The notes: generated by a model not told the origin, from the sequence alone. DNA of 64,000 bases from Alkalispirochaeta sp. (GCA_040904425.1 JBBDTM010000076.1:21190-85189), one strand, 5' to 3'; positions 46,876-56,869 are shown, counted from the stretch's first letter. Program-made: numbers and translations.

Positions 46876-48817
46876 TTTTACCCAACAATCCCTCAACGTC
46901 GAGTTCTCCGGCAGTACACGGAACCTGAACGCCCCACGCCTCCAATGCTCGCGGATGCAGTTCGCCGAAAACCCCAGCCACGGTTCCGCCGTTGAGGACA
47001 ATTTTTGCCGCTCGTCCGGGAATGAACCGTGGGTCTCGCGCTTCCTCCACGGTGTATTCCCTTCCTACATAGTACAGTATAGCGGAGATGTGCGAATTTA
47101 CCAGATTGAATCCCGCCGATCGATCCGCGGAAATAAAGCCCATCATCGTCCGGGTGCGAGTACCACTGACGTGGGACTCGTCGCGCTCGGCGGTGTTGCC
47201 GATCTCGAAGATATGGTGAGGATAGACCGCCTGCCCGCTCACCGATTCCGCCGAGAGCAGCGACGGCAGAATTGACAGACGCACGAACTCGTAGTTTTCG
47301 CTCATGGGGTTCGCGATCTGTACCGCCCGTTCCCGGGCGGCGGCCCACTCTTTCTCGGGATACATGCTTTCGATGTAGTCCGCAGCGGAGCCCAGGTAGT
47401 TAAAGATCATCTCCTGGAAACCGAGGCCCACCATGGTGAACTTGAGCCGCCGCGACATCTCTTCCACCGCGGTGAGGCGTCCCACGGTGAACTCCTGCGG
47501 CATCATCGGCTCAAAGCTGTCCATGCCACGCCCCATCATGACATCTTCCACGATGTCCACGGCGTGGAGGAAATCATTGCGGTACTCCGGGACGCGGACG
47601 ATGATTTCCCGGGAGCCGACGGTGGCGGTGATCCCGGGTGCGCGGGTGCTGCCGGGGGCGGCGCCTGAGGTTGCGGCGGCGCTGGTGCTGCCGGGGGCGG
47701 CGTCGCTCGTGCTTCCGGCGGCGCCTGAGGTTGCAGCAGCGCTCGGGCCGGTGGCGGTGCCCTCCGCTGCGCCGCCGGCTCCAGGGACAGTGGCGGTCCC
47801 CGATGCCGCGGCAGAGGCTGCACCCCGTGCAGCCATAACGGTGGCAACCACACCCATCCGGTTCAGCGCGGCGACGATTTCCTCCTCGGAAAGATCGGTT
47901 CCCAGGAGCTTGTTGATCTCTCCCACCGTTGCCGTCTGCGGTTTCTGGAAGTAGTAGGGCACGGTGATTTCCCGACCGTACGGCGTATCGTAGGGATACT
48001 CCACCTGCACCGGTTCAATCGTGTATCCGGCATCCGCCGCGTCACACGCCACGATAGCGGCTGTGAGCAGGAGCGAGTCCATGTCGCTACCGGTGAGCTC
48101 GATGAAGAGCGTCGTGTCTCCTTCCTGCACCGCCCCGATCTCCGCGCTGTTGATCACCGGCGGGAAACTGAGGACGTTGCCTCGGTCATCGGTGAGGAGC
48201 GGAAAGCGCGGAAGATCAGCCACGATATGGCCGAACTCAACGCCCTTGGGATGCTCTGACAGGATCTCCCGCATCGAGAGTTCTCGGTCCATCTGCAACG
48301 GCACGAACCGCGTGGCGTCGGGGTCTTCCGCGGAGTAGTGCACCGGATATGACATCAGATCCGACCGGTACACTCCCATCGCCACGGACCGCCGCTTGCG
48401 ACCGAAGTTCCAGGTGAGCTTCTCCTGCGTCTGAATCAGGTCCTTCAACACCGCCTCCCCGATCGGAGGTCCTGCCATGACGAATGCCACGACGTAGGGA
48501 CGGATATCCTGAACCGAAGGATCGACGACCACGCGTCGCTTGCCGTGCTCCCGACGCACGGTGGCATCGGAGAAGAACTGATAGTGGGGCAATTCTCCGC
48601 CCCGGGCGATCCGCACCTGACGCGCCAGCCCCGCGGTAGACCACAGGTCCGGGCGGTTGGTGTCGTTCAGTTCGATCTTCATGATTCCTTCGGCGTCGGC
48701 GGGCTCATCGAGCTCGGCCTTGGCCACCGGAAAGATCGCTTCCAGCTCGTCATCGGTTATCTTGGGGGCGTCGATCGCCCGGGTCAGGGCGTCTCGAAAT
48801 ACTTCAATTTTCGGCAT
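46850..48817 (-). CDS. pheT: Phenylalanine--tRNA ligase beta subunit (archaeal/spirochaete type)
   Basis: IELNDTNRPDLWS, QEKL..NFGRKR, FPPVINS, YRNDFLH.VD..ED, NPMSE. Confidence 0.95.
   Translation of the reverse strand: MPKIEVFRDALTRAIDAPKITDDELEAIFPVAKAELDEPADAEGIMKIELNDTNRPDLWSTAGLARQVRIARGGELPHYQFFSDATVRREHGKRRVVVDPSVQDIRPYVVAFVMAGPPIGEAVLKDLIQTQEKLTWNFGRKRRSVAMGVYRSDLMSYPVHYSAEDPDATRFVPLQMDRELSMREILSEHPKGVEFGHIVADLPRFPLLTDDRGNVLSFPPVINSAEIGAVQEGDTTLFIELTGSDMDSLLLTAAIVACDAADAGYTIEPVQVEYPYDTPYGREITVPYYFQKPQTATVGEINKLLGTDLSEEEIVAALNRMGVVATVMAARGAASAAASGTATVPGAGGAAEGTATGPSAAATSGAAGSTSDAAPGSTSAAATSGAAPGSTRAPGITATVGSREIIVRVPEYRNDFLHAVDIVEDVMMGRGMDSFEPMMPQEFTVGRLTAVEEMSRRLKFTMVGLGFQEMIFNYLGSAADYIESMYPEKEWAAARERAVQIANPMSENYEFVRLSILPSLLSAESVSGQAVYPHHIFEIGNTAERDESHVSGTRTRTMMGFISADRSAGFNLVNSHISAILYYVGREYTVEEARDPRFIPGRAAKIVLNGGTVAGVFGELHPRALEAWGVQVPCTAGELDVEGLLGKNVGGRATT
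47619..47845. repeat. 219-bp in-frame Ala/Gly/Ser/Thr-rich insertion in pheT with internal repeats
   Basis: ACGGTGGC direct repeat at 47619-26 and 47838-45; SAAATSGAA and AAPGST each occur twice. Confidence 0.8.
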
Positions 48818-48844
48818 ATGCAGTTTCTCCTCGGGTGGGTGGGA

Positions 48845-50404
48845 TCAGCCGGCGCGACGGCGAAGGCGCACGTTTTCGATGTCGGGGCTAAAGAGCTCCC
48901 GGAGATCGTTCAAACCGAGATGCATCAGCGCCATCCGGTCGATTCCCAGTCCCCAGGCGAGCACCGGTACATCGATCCCCATCGGTTTGGTCACCTCCGG
49001 TCGAAAGATGCCGGAGCCGCCCAGCTCAAACCACCCAAGCTTGGGATGCTTAATGTGAACTTCCACCGATGGCTCAGTGAACGGGAAGTAGCCGGGGACA
49101 TAACGAACATCGGTGGCACCGGCGAGCTCCTCGGCAAACATGCGAAGCATACCCAGGAGGCTGCGCAGATTCACGTCGTCTCCCAGGACGATTCCTTCCG
49201 TCTGGTAAAAATCGGAGAGGTGGGTAGCATCAACCTGGTCGTACCGGAAACAGCGCAGCACACCGAAGTACTTGCCGGGAATCTCTGCGGTATGCAGCGT
49301 CTTGGCCGACATGACGGTTCCCTGGCTTCGAAGTATCAGTCGCCGCGTGAAGTCACGGTCGAAGCCGTAGCCCCACCCGCGGCTGCCGGTCTCCCAGCCA
49401 TCTTCGTGGGTCGCCGCGATTCTCGAGAGGTAGGGCTCTTCGATCTCTTTCGCGTGACTCGGCGTCTTTACGTAATAGACATCGTGAATATCCCGGGCGG
49501 AATGAAACTGCGGCATGAACAGGGCATCGGAGTTCCAGAACTCCGTCTCCACCAGCGGGCCGTCGAACTGCTGGAACCCGAGAGAGACGAGCTTATCCTT
49601 TACGGAATCGAGATACTCTACGTAGGCGTTGCGTCGCCCCGGTAGCAGTCGGCTTGCCGGGGCGTTCACCGCGTACTCTCGGAAGGTGGCGTTCTTCCAT
49701 GTGCCGTCGCGGAGCATTTCCGGAGTGAGCTGCCCGATCTCTTCACCGGTGATCCCGGCATCGGCCAGGGCTTTACCCATCTGTGATCCGGCAGCCGTCA
49801 CCCGGTAGCGCACCTCATCCCGCTCCAGAATTCGAAACATCGCCGAAGCTGCACCCCGTTTCTTGGCGTGCGGCTGCAGCGCTGCTCGCTCTTCATCATT
49901 GAGCGTAGCGTCCTCTATCGCGCCCTGGGCGGCCCGCTCCAACAGTGTGCGAAGCACCGCGTCCGGGTTGGGAGCGGAGGAGAGGTCGACACCGTCCGCG
50001 GGGGAGACGCGCTTTTCGCCGTCCATGGCCAGAATTCTCTGTTTGGAAAGCGTCCCAAACGCCGAACCCACATCCTTCTTCTCCAGACCGGTCGCCTCGG
50101 CGATTTCAGGCATCGTCAGGGCGCCCCGCTCCACCACGGTGGCCACAATACGCTCCGTCGGGGTGCCTTTTGTCGCAAACTCGGCGCCAAGGTCGGTCCG
50201 CTCATACGCAACGGAAGCTAAACGTTCTGTTTCTTCGATTAGGTCCTTGGCCGCGAGCCAGCTGACAGCCTGGTTGCATTGTCCGAGAACCAGACCGAGG
50301 TCGAGTTGCATCGTTTCGGCGGTGAACGTATCGCCGGGACCATATTGGAGCAGCGTCTTCACCTCCAAGGGATGAAGGCTTTTGAGCGGTGTTTCGGAGG
50401 CCAT
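48845..50404 (-). CDS. pheS: Phenylalanine--tRNA ligase alpha subunit (long archaeal/spirochaete type)
   Basis: FWNSDALFMPQFHSARDIHD, FRYDQVDATH, FYQTEG, YFPFTEPS, GSGIFRPEV, GLGIDR; TATAAT-6 nt-ATG 50404. Confidence 0.96.
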   Translation of the reverse strand: MASETPLKSLHPLEVKTLLQYGPGDTFTAETMQLDLGLVLGQCNQAVSWLAAKDLIEETERLASVAYERTDLGAEFATKGTPTERIVATVVERGALTMPEIAEATGLEKKDVGSAFGTLSKQRILAMDGEKRVSPADGVDLSSAPNPDAVLRTLLERAAQGAIEDATLNDEERAALQPHAKKRGAASAMFRILERDEVRYRVTAAGSQMGKALADAGITGEEIGQLTPEMLRDGTWKNATFREYAVNAPASRLLPGRRNAYVEYLDSVKDKLVSLGFQQFDGPLVETEFWNSDALFMPQFHSARDIHDVYYVKTPSHAKEIEEPYLSRIAATHEDGWETGSRGWGYGFDRDFTRRLILRSQGTVMSAKTLHTAEIPGKYFGVLRCFRYDQVDATHLSDFYQTEGIVLGDDVNLRSLLGMLRMFAEELAGATDVRYVPGYFPFTEPSVEVHIKHPKLGWFELGGSGIFRPEVTKPMGIDVPVLAWGLGIDRMALMHLGLNDLRELFSPDIENVRLRRRAG

Positions 50405-50445
50405 GGCGCGATTATAGAGGAAAATCCCACCGCGCATCTACGCGG

Positions 50446-53400
50446 TCAGAGATTCTGAAGTCGGTCGCTGAGTCGGTGCGCCCGCTCGCTTAACTGCCCC
50501 CCAACTTCGGGATCCGGGTGATAACCGCTCAAGGACGAGAGATAGTCGAACGTTTCGGACAGGTGTGCAGGTTTCGCGGAGCGCGCCGAAGCGCTAGGGC
50601 TCTTCTCGGGAGCGCGTGCCGCGACCCTTTCACGGAGCGTGGTGCGCCCGCTGAGCCGCGCGTGGACGCCCATTAGCTTCAACCGTTCCTCGCTCTGCCG
50701 GTATTCCTGATCTCGCGTGGGAGGGAGGCTGCCGGCGAGTCCCATGAGGTACTCGAAGAGTTTGGCGTGCTGTGAAAGTCCCGTCTGCGGTTGTTCACCG
50801 GTGGGCTCCGGCTCAGGCCCAAGCTGGTCTCGCACGCGACCGATCATATCTTTGAGCTTTCGTCGCAGGGAGGGATCCGGTTGCGGGGCTTCTTCCTCCT
50901 CTTCGGGGGGAGCGTCCGGCTCCGGTGTGGGCTCAGGCGGGGGCGCCGCTTCGGCCTCCGCTCCCGGTTCGAGTTCGGGCTCCGGCGCGGCTTCGGCCTC
51001 CGCCCCCGGTTCGAGTTCGGGCTCCGGCGCCGCTTCGGCCTCCGCCCCCGGTTCGAGTTCGGGTTCCGGCGCCGCTTCGGGTGCGGCCTCCGGCTCAGGT
51101 TGCGGCGGCCGAGGTTGCTCAGGTTCAGGCTCAGCTGCCGCCCCCGGTTCGAGTTCGGGTTCCGGCGCGGCTTCGGGTGCGGCCTCCGGCTCAGGTTCGA
51201 GTTCGGGCTCCGGCGCGGCTTCGGGTGCGGCCTCCGGCTCAGGTTCGAGTTCGGGCTCCGGCGCGGCTTCGGCCTCCGCCCCCGGTTCGAGTTCGGGCTC
51301 AAACTCCGGCTCAGGTTCGGATGCAGACTCCGCGTCCTGATCCACCTGAGCCGCGGGCTCCGACTCGGCGACGATCGGTGATTCGGAGTCTACCTCCGGT
51401 GGAAGCTCTTCCTCGTCGTCCTGGGCGGTTCCCTGGTCCGGCTCCGCCTCCACTTCCGGTTCGGCTTCTTCCTCCGGCGCTACCGGCGGCACAGATGGTT
51501 CCGGTTGCGGCGGTGGTTGTGTGGGCACCGGCGTCGTTTCTTGAGAACTATCGGACTCTGCCCCTCCGAAATCCTCACTCGTATCGTCATCGGGTTCTTC
51601 CTCGGCAGAACCTCGTCCACCAAAAGGATCAGCCGCTTCTTCATGCTCAGGAAACGGCATTTCATCTTTTTCGTCCACGAGGTCCCTGAAATCGCCCTGA
51701 TCCGGGCCGCTCTCATCTGCCCCGAAACCGGCAGTAGCGGCGTCGGAACCTCCGCCACCGGCGGAAGACCCGCCCCCACCTCCGGAACCACCGCCTTCCG
51801 GGAGGTAGTACTCGTCTTCGATCTCGTCCGGTTCTTTCAGGTCTTCCGGCTCTTCTTCGGCCTCGCCCGCGGTGCCGCCGTTGAAGTTCAGCAGTGGAAT
51901 CGACTCCTCGTCGAAGCCTTCCGCTTCGGAAGTCTCCATGTCGGGAATTTCACCTTCAGCTCGACCGTGACGCGCAAGCCGCCCCAGCTTCTCCAGGTTG
52001 CGTTGCCAGCGATCGGCGTTTTCCTCTTCCCAGTCGTTCACCATTTGCTCGTAGAGCTCGAGACTCTGGTTGAGATTGCTCAGGTCATCCGAATTGCCAC
52101 GGGTCCCCTGCAACGAGACGAGTTCGTCCGCCGCCTCCAAGGCACCAGCCCGATCACCAAGAGAGCGGTTCACTCGCGCCCGAGAGGTGAACAACTCCGG
52201 GCTATTCTCGTCGATCGCTGCGGCGTCTTCGAGGGCGCTCTTGGCTTCCTCCGCTTTGCCCATATCGGCAAGGATTTCTGATCGTTTCAGCAACCCCGCC
52301 ATATCGGAGCGATCCGCGGAGATGGCGCGGTCCGCCATCTCCAGCGCTTCCTGGTGGAGTCCGTCCTCGTGCAGAATGCCCGCCAGGTCCGCCATGAAGG
52401 ACGTATCGCCCGGCTGTGCCTGGGAATAACGTTTGAGCGTCTCTTCCCCCGCTTCCCGGCGACCGGATCGATATTGGGTGAGCCCCAGTTCCCGCAACGA
52501 TCTACTGTCGGAAGGATCGTCGGATACGACCCGCTCCCATTCTTTAGAGGCTTGCTCATGGAGGCCGGACCGGGTGAGAACTTTTGCCAGGCTCCTCCGT
52601 AAACGGGTGTTGTCGGGATCTTGATCGAGCATGCGCTGTAGGATCCGTCGTGATTCACCGGAGTCGCTGGCTTGTTCCGCGACCTGTCCCAGGTTGGTTG
52701 CAGCCCGCGCGTATCGCGGTGAGGCGTCCAGGGCCGCCTGAAACTCGCGAATCGCGTCATCAACCCGTCCCGACCGGGCCAGCACCGTTCCCAGGTTGTT
52801 ACGAGCGGTGTAGTTTTCCGGCTCAATCTCGATCAGTTCCTGGAACGCTTCCTGCGCCTCATCGAGCTGGTCCATTCGTTCCAACACGATTCCCAGGTTA
52901 TTCAGGGCGTCGCCCCATCCGGGGCGACTCTTGCGAGCGGATTCATAACTCTGACGCGCTTCCGAGAGTCGCCCCACCGACTGGTAGCTATTTCCCAGGT
53001 TGTAATGCAGGGTGGGATGATTCGGATCACGCTTCAGGCCTTTCTGGAACGCACCGATCGCCTCCTCGTGGCGACCTTGCGCGTCGTAAAGCGTACCGAG
53101 GTTGTTGTACGCCACGGTGAGGTCCGGGTTCTGGTCGGTGGCGCGCTCATAGGCGGCGATCGCGTCATCGTAGTCGCCCAGATCTTTGTGAATGTTACCC
53201 AGATTGTAGAGGATCTCCGAGTTTGTCGGTTGCCGTTTCACCGCGCGCTGAACCATCTCCAGCGCCTTCTCCGTCTCACCGGTCTGCCGGTATATCACCG
53301 CCAGATTGTTCAGCGCTTCCGCGTTTTTCGGCTCCAACTCGATCGCGTAGTTGAACTCCTCAATGGCGGGGGCAAATCGCTTCTGCCGTCCGTAGATGGT

Positions 53401-53532
53401 ACCGAGCAGTACGTGACCCGCCGCCAGATCGGGAAACGCCTCCAGCAGTTGCGAGGTGAGCCGCTCGGCGACCTCGTAGTCGTTTACGCGGAACGCATTG
53501 ATTGCCCGTGTGAGAAGTTCCTGGTGCTTCAT
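50446..53532 (-). CDS. Large tetratricopeptide-repeat protein with acidic Pro/Glu-rich linker
   Basis: Numerous TPR units (ALNNLAVIY, AYNNLGTLY, LHYNLGNSY) in about 500 aa; E/P/A-rich repeats; helical C-terminus. Confidence 0.88.
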   Translation of the reverse strand: MKHQELLTRAINAFRVNDYEVAERLTSQLLEAFPDLAAGHVLLGTIYGRQKRFAPAIEEFNYAIELEPKNAEALNNLAVIYRQTGETEKALEMVQRAVKRQPTNSEILYNLGNIHKDLGDYDDAIAAYERATDQNPDLTVAYNNLGTLYDAQGRHEEAIGAFQKGLKRDPNHPTLHYNLGNSYQSVGRLSEARQSYESARKSRPGWGDALNNLGIVLERMDQLDEAQEAFQELIEIEPENYTARNNLGTVLARSGRVDDAIREFQAALDASPRYARAATNLGQVAEQASDSGESRRILQRMLDQDPDNTRLRRSLAKVLTRSGLHEQASKEWERVVSDDPSDSRSLRELGLTQYRSGRREAGEETLKRYSQAQPGDTSFMADLAGILHEDGLHQEALEMADRAISADRSDMAGLLKRSEILADMGKAEEAKSALEDAAAIDENSPELFTSRARVNRSLGDRAGALEAADELVSLQGTRGNSDDLSNLNQSLELYEQMVNDWEEENADRWQRNLEKLGRLARHGRAEGEIPDMETSEAEGFDEESIPLLNFNGGTAGEAEEEPEDLKEPDEIEDEYYLPEGGGSGGGGGSSAGGGGSDAATAGFGADESGPDQGDFRDLVDEKDEMPFPEHEEAADPFGGRGSAEEEPDDDTSEDFGGAESDSSQETTPVPTQPPPQPEPSVPPVAPEEEAEPEVEAEPDQGTAQDDEEELPPEVDSESPIVAESEPAAQVDQDAESASEPEPEFEPELEPGAEAEAAPEPELEPEPEAAPEAAPEPELEPEPEAAPEAAPEPELEPGAAAEPEPEQPRPPQPEPEAAPEAAPEPELEPGAEAEAAPEPELEPGAEAEAAPEPELEPGAEAEAAPPPEPTPEPDAPPEEEEEAPQPDPSLRRKLKDMIGRVRDQLGPEPEPTGEQPQTGLSQHAKLFEYLMGLAGSLPPTRDQEYRQSEERLKLMGVHARLSGRTTLRERVAARAPEKSPSASARSAKPAHLSETFDYLSSLSGYHPDPEVGGQLSERAHRLSDRLQNL
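50940..51320. repeat. Mixed 42-bp and 48-bp in-frame tandem repeats (EPELEPGAEAEAAP / EPELEPEPEAAPEAAP)
   Basis: GGTTCGAGTTCGGG recurs with GGCTCCGGCGCGGCTTCGG blocks, contiguous. Confidence 0.9.
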
Positions 53533-55046
53533 GGTTGTCCCCTTCCCGCTCGAACCTGGATCTCCCGCGCCGTTCCGCTGGCCTCACCGTATTCGTCATA
53601 GCTCTCGACGGTGAATACGTACGCTCGATCCGGTTGGAGCCCTTCCACGGTGAACTCCGTCTGATCACCTACATCGATAGGGCTGGTCACTCCTCCAGTA
53701 CCGAAATACCTACCGGGGCGCTCTCCAACGAAGACTCGATATCCGGCGAGCCCCTCGGTGAGCACGGGGTTCCAGGAGAGGGATACACCTGCCACCGTAC
53801 CCTCACCCGACAGACCTCGCGGAGCAGGTGGCGGCAGGTGCGGCCGGTATCGGACTTCGACGTGTTGCAGTCGAGGTGAATTCTCACCGGCGGCGTCGGC
53901 AAGCAGGTCGAAACGCATCTGAAGATACGTGCCCTGGGCGTTCATGGGAAGTCGTCCGTCCTCGGGAATCCGGCGCCATTCGGTGGGCAGCGCATCAGAG
54001 GCGGTGCGACTCACCACCACGTCCGCGGTTCGGTACCATCCACGAACCTCGGTTCGACCCGGCTCGTGCGTCCGCACATGAACTGATTCCACCCGGGCAC
54101 CGGATTCTCCCAGGATAATGGGAGCGGTATACGCGACGCCGGGCTCTCCGGAATACGATACCAGTCGTGGGTCCCGTTCGGCGTCCCGAGTAATGCGAAG
54201 CTCATCGATAAATCCGTAGAAACCGCGACCAAGGACCAGACCATCTCCAGTGTCCGCCCCGAAAAAGACGCTTGCCGGTGCTGATCCTTCACGGCCGTCT
54301 TCCGTGAGATAGGTAATCGCCTCGGGAACCCCGTTGACCCGGTAGCTGAGTTGCGAGGTCCGCCGATCGTAGCGCAGTTGGTGGTGTGACCAGCGTCGCG
54401 GCACGAGGCCCCGACGAGCCCCAAGGCTTTCACTCGAGAACTCTCGAGATCCGCCCTCAACCGCGTTCATCACCAGGTTTCCCAGCTTCCAGACGAGCCG
54501 GTTGTCCCGGATATCCAGTCGAAGCTCTTGAAGCACCGGGGTACCGGCGTTGATCAGGGCACCCCGCCAGCGGAGCACGGTGGCCCCTTCCGTCACGCGC
54601 AGCGGATACATCCACACGTCGATCGTAAACGCGGAGGGTTGGGTGTCGGGGGCCAGCAACGCGTCACTTCCCGCCCGATAGGTCACCGAGGCCTCACCAT
54701 TAAAGCCGGCAGCCCCCGCGCCGAAGCGGGCCTGCGCGGTACTGATCTGAACCCCTTCCTGGCTACTCCGGTACCGACCGGTCCGATCCTGGAAGGAGGT
54801 GTCAAACGGGACAAGCAGGTCCGTGGTACTGTCGATCTGCGATCCCCTATCGGTCAGCGTCAGATCGTCGCCACCTTGCCACCCGTCACGAAGCATCACG
54901 TTCTCCCGCGACGCTAAGAGTTCCCAGCCACTCCGTCCTCCGAGCTCGATCGTTTCCGCCGTGGTTTGAGCCTGTGCGGAAACGGCGGAGAAGAGCAGAA
55001 GAAGAATGGGAGGTATATGCCGATGGTAGATCGCCGAGATTCGCAT
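53529..55046 (-). CDS. Exported LamG-like jellyroll + fibronectin type III protein
   Basis: Signal peptide; FTIDVWMYP...WSHHQL...GFYGFIDELRI (LamG); PPAP.GL..V.LSW..GY.V..YVFTVESYD.YG (FN3). Confidence 0.8.
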   Translation of the reverse strand: MRISAIYHRHIPPILLLLFSAVSAQAQTTAETIELGGRSGWELLASRENVMLRDGWQGGDDLTLTDRGSQIDSTTDLLVPFDTSFQDRTGRYRSSQEGVQISTAQARFGAGAAGFNGEASVTYRAGSDALLAPDTQPSAFTIDVWMYPLRVTEGATVLRWRGALINAGTPVLQELRLDIRDNRLVWKLGNLVMNAVEGGSREFSSESLGARRGLVPRRWSHHQLRYDRRTSQLSYRVNGVPEAITYLTEDGREGSAPASVFFGADTGDGLVLGRGFYGFIDELRITRDAERDPRLVSYSGEPGVAYTAPIILGESGARVESVHVRTHEPGRTEVRGWYRTADVVVSRTASDALPTEWRRIPEDGRLPMNAQGTYLQMRFDLLADAAGENSPRLQHVEVRYRPHLPPPAPRGLSGEGTVAGVSLSWNPVLTEGLAGYRVFVGERPGRYFGTGGVTSPIDVGDQTEFTVEGLQPDRAYVFTVESYDEYGEASGTAREIQVRAGRGQP

Positions 55047-55069
55047 AATTTCGTATTCTTTTCATCGGC

Positions 55070-56869
55070 ATGTCCTACGACGAACTCAAAAATAGCATCC
55101 GAGAATTTCCGAATTCTTCAGGCGTGTACATCATGAAAGATGCCGAGGATCACGTAATCTACGTGGGAAAAGCCAAAGATCTACGGTCTCGGCTACGGTC
55201 GTACTTCTCGAATGACGTACCGATTAAGACGAAAGTGCTCATGTCACGGGTGACCCTGATCGACTATCTGCTCACCGGTAACGAGTACGAGGCGTTGTTG
55301 TTGGAGAACAACCTGATTAAGCGCCACAACCCCCGATACAATATCAACCTGAAGGACGGCAAGAGCTATCCGGTTATTCGGATTACCGCCGATGAGTATC
55401 CCCGCGTTTTCAGGACGCGACGAATCGTTCAGGACGGATCGTTGTACTTCGGACCGTACACGAGCATAAGCCGACTGGAGGCATACCTCGATCTGATCGA
55501 CCGCCTCTATCCCCTTCGGAAGTGTCGCACTCCACGCCTGAAGAAACGGTCTGCACCGTGCCTGTACTGGCACATCGGTCGCTGTGCCGGCGTGTGCGCC
55601 GGGAAGACGTCCCATAAGGAGTACATGGCGCGTATCGAAAAGATAAAATCGCTGCTCTCCGGAAAGACCGACGAACTACGGCGGGAACTCCGGGGAAAGA
55701 TGGACCGGGCCGCGGCGGAACTCCGTTTCGAAGAAGCTGCGGAAGTGCGGAACGCGCTAAGTGGGATCGAGCAGGTTGAGACGGAACAGAGAATCGTGGA
55801 TTTTGATCCGGAAGTCCGAGATTATGTCGGCTACGCCTCCCACGCCGAGCTGTCCACCTTCGTCGTGTTTCAGATGCGCTCGGGTACGCTGGTGGGGAGC
55901 AACGTCTTTCACGCTGAGCTCCCTGGTGACGAGGAAGAGAACCTCCTGGAGTTCGTGCTCCAGTTCTATAGCTCTTCCGGCACGCCACCGCGAGAACTGT
56001 ACACGTCGGCGGCATTGGGTGATCTGGAAGTCCTGAAGCGATTTTTCCGGGAAGAGCTTGACGCTGATGTGACGATTCGAACGCCCTCCGGCTCCCGTGA
56101 TGCGGCAGTGCTTCGTCTGTGTACGGAAAACGCCCGGCAGGAACTGGAAAAGCGACTCCGGGAACGGGGAGACCTGCCGGCACTGGAGGAACTGGCGGAA
56201 GCGTTGGGACTATCCCATCCACCGTTGCGGATCGAGGGATTCGATATCGCTCATGTGGGGGGGCGCAATACGGTCGCAGGCCTGGTGAGTTTCTCGAACG
56301 GAGTTCCCGACAAGAGCCAGTACAAACGATATCGGATACGAAATCTCAAGGAAGGTCAGGTTGACGACTTTGCTGCCATGCGGGAGGTTATCGCCCGAAG
56401 ATACACCCGTGTGAAGAATGAAAAACTGCCGCAACCGGACCTGATTTTGATTGACGGTGGCAAGGGGCAGGTTAACGCGGCCCATGAGATTCTGACGGCA
56501 CTGGACCTTTCGATTCCGGTAGTGGGCCTGGCGAAACGCAACGAAGAACTCTTTCTCCCCCATCGTGGTGACCCGATCATTCTTCCTGAGGCCGCCCCTC
56601 CCCTGCGAATTCTGCAGCACGTGCGCGATGAGTCGCATCGCTTCGCCACCACCTATCGTGCGGGACTCCAGAAACGGGATGTGATCACGCCGATCGTCCG
56701 AAAGGTGCCGGGGATCGGACCCAAACGGGCCACCCGGATCATGCGCTCCTTTCCACACGTGGAGAGTCTCCTGGAGACGCCGGTGGACATCATCGCCAAG
56801 AGCACCGGGATCACCGAATCGCAGGCGGCGGCAATTCAGGAACGAATTCGGCAAGAGATATACCAGTAG
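55070..56869 (+). CDS. uvrC: Excinuclease ABC subunit C
   Basis: GVYIM..VIYVGKAKDLRSRL (GIY-YIG), RIEGFDIAH, DDFAAMREV, PDLILIDGGKGQ, RDESHRFA, HhH PGIGPKR. Confidence 0.97.
   Translation: MSYDELKNSIREFPNSSGVYIMKDAEDHVIYVGKAKDLRSRLRSYFSNDVPIKTKVLMSRVTLIDYLLTGNEYEALLLENNLIKRHNPRYNINLKDGKSYPVIRITADEYPRVFRTRRIVQDGSLYFGPYTSISRLEAYLDLIDRLYPLRKCRTPRLKKRSAPCLYWHIGRCAGVCAGKTSHKEYMARIEKIKSLLSGKTDELRRELRGKMDRAAAELRFEEAAEVRNALSGIEQVETEQRIVDFDPEVRDYVGYASHAELSTFVVFQMRSGTLVGSNVFHAELPGDEEENLLEFVLQFYSSSGTPPRELYTSAALGDLEVLKRFFREELDADVTIRTPSGSRDAAVLRLCTENARQELEKRLRERGDLPALEELAEALGLSHPPLRIEGFDIAHVGGRNTVAGLVSFSNGVPDKSQYKRYRIRNLKEGQVDDFAAMREVIARRYTRVKNEKLPQPDLILIDGGKGQVNAAHEILTALDLSIPVVGLAKRNEELFLPHRGDPIILPEAAPPLRILQHVRDESHRFATTYRAGLQKRDVITPIVRKVPGIGPKRATRIMRSFPHVESLLETPVDIIAKSTGITESQAAAIQERIRQEIYQ

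Noticed and set aside
47619-47845. Intein or MITE in pheT
   Set aside because: No Cys/Ser start or His-Asn end, no terminal inverted repeats; low-complexity content.
50940-51320. GGTTCGAG repeats as tRNA T-loops or CRISPR
   Set aside because: They encode the EPELEP protein repeat; no cloverleaf or unique spacers.
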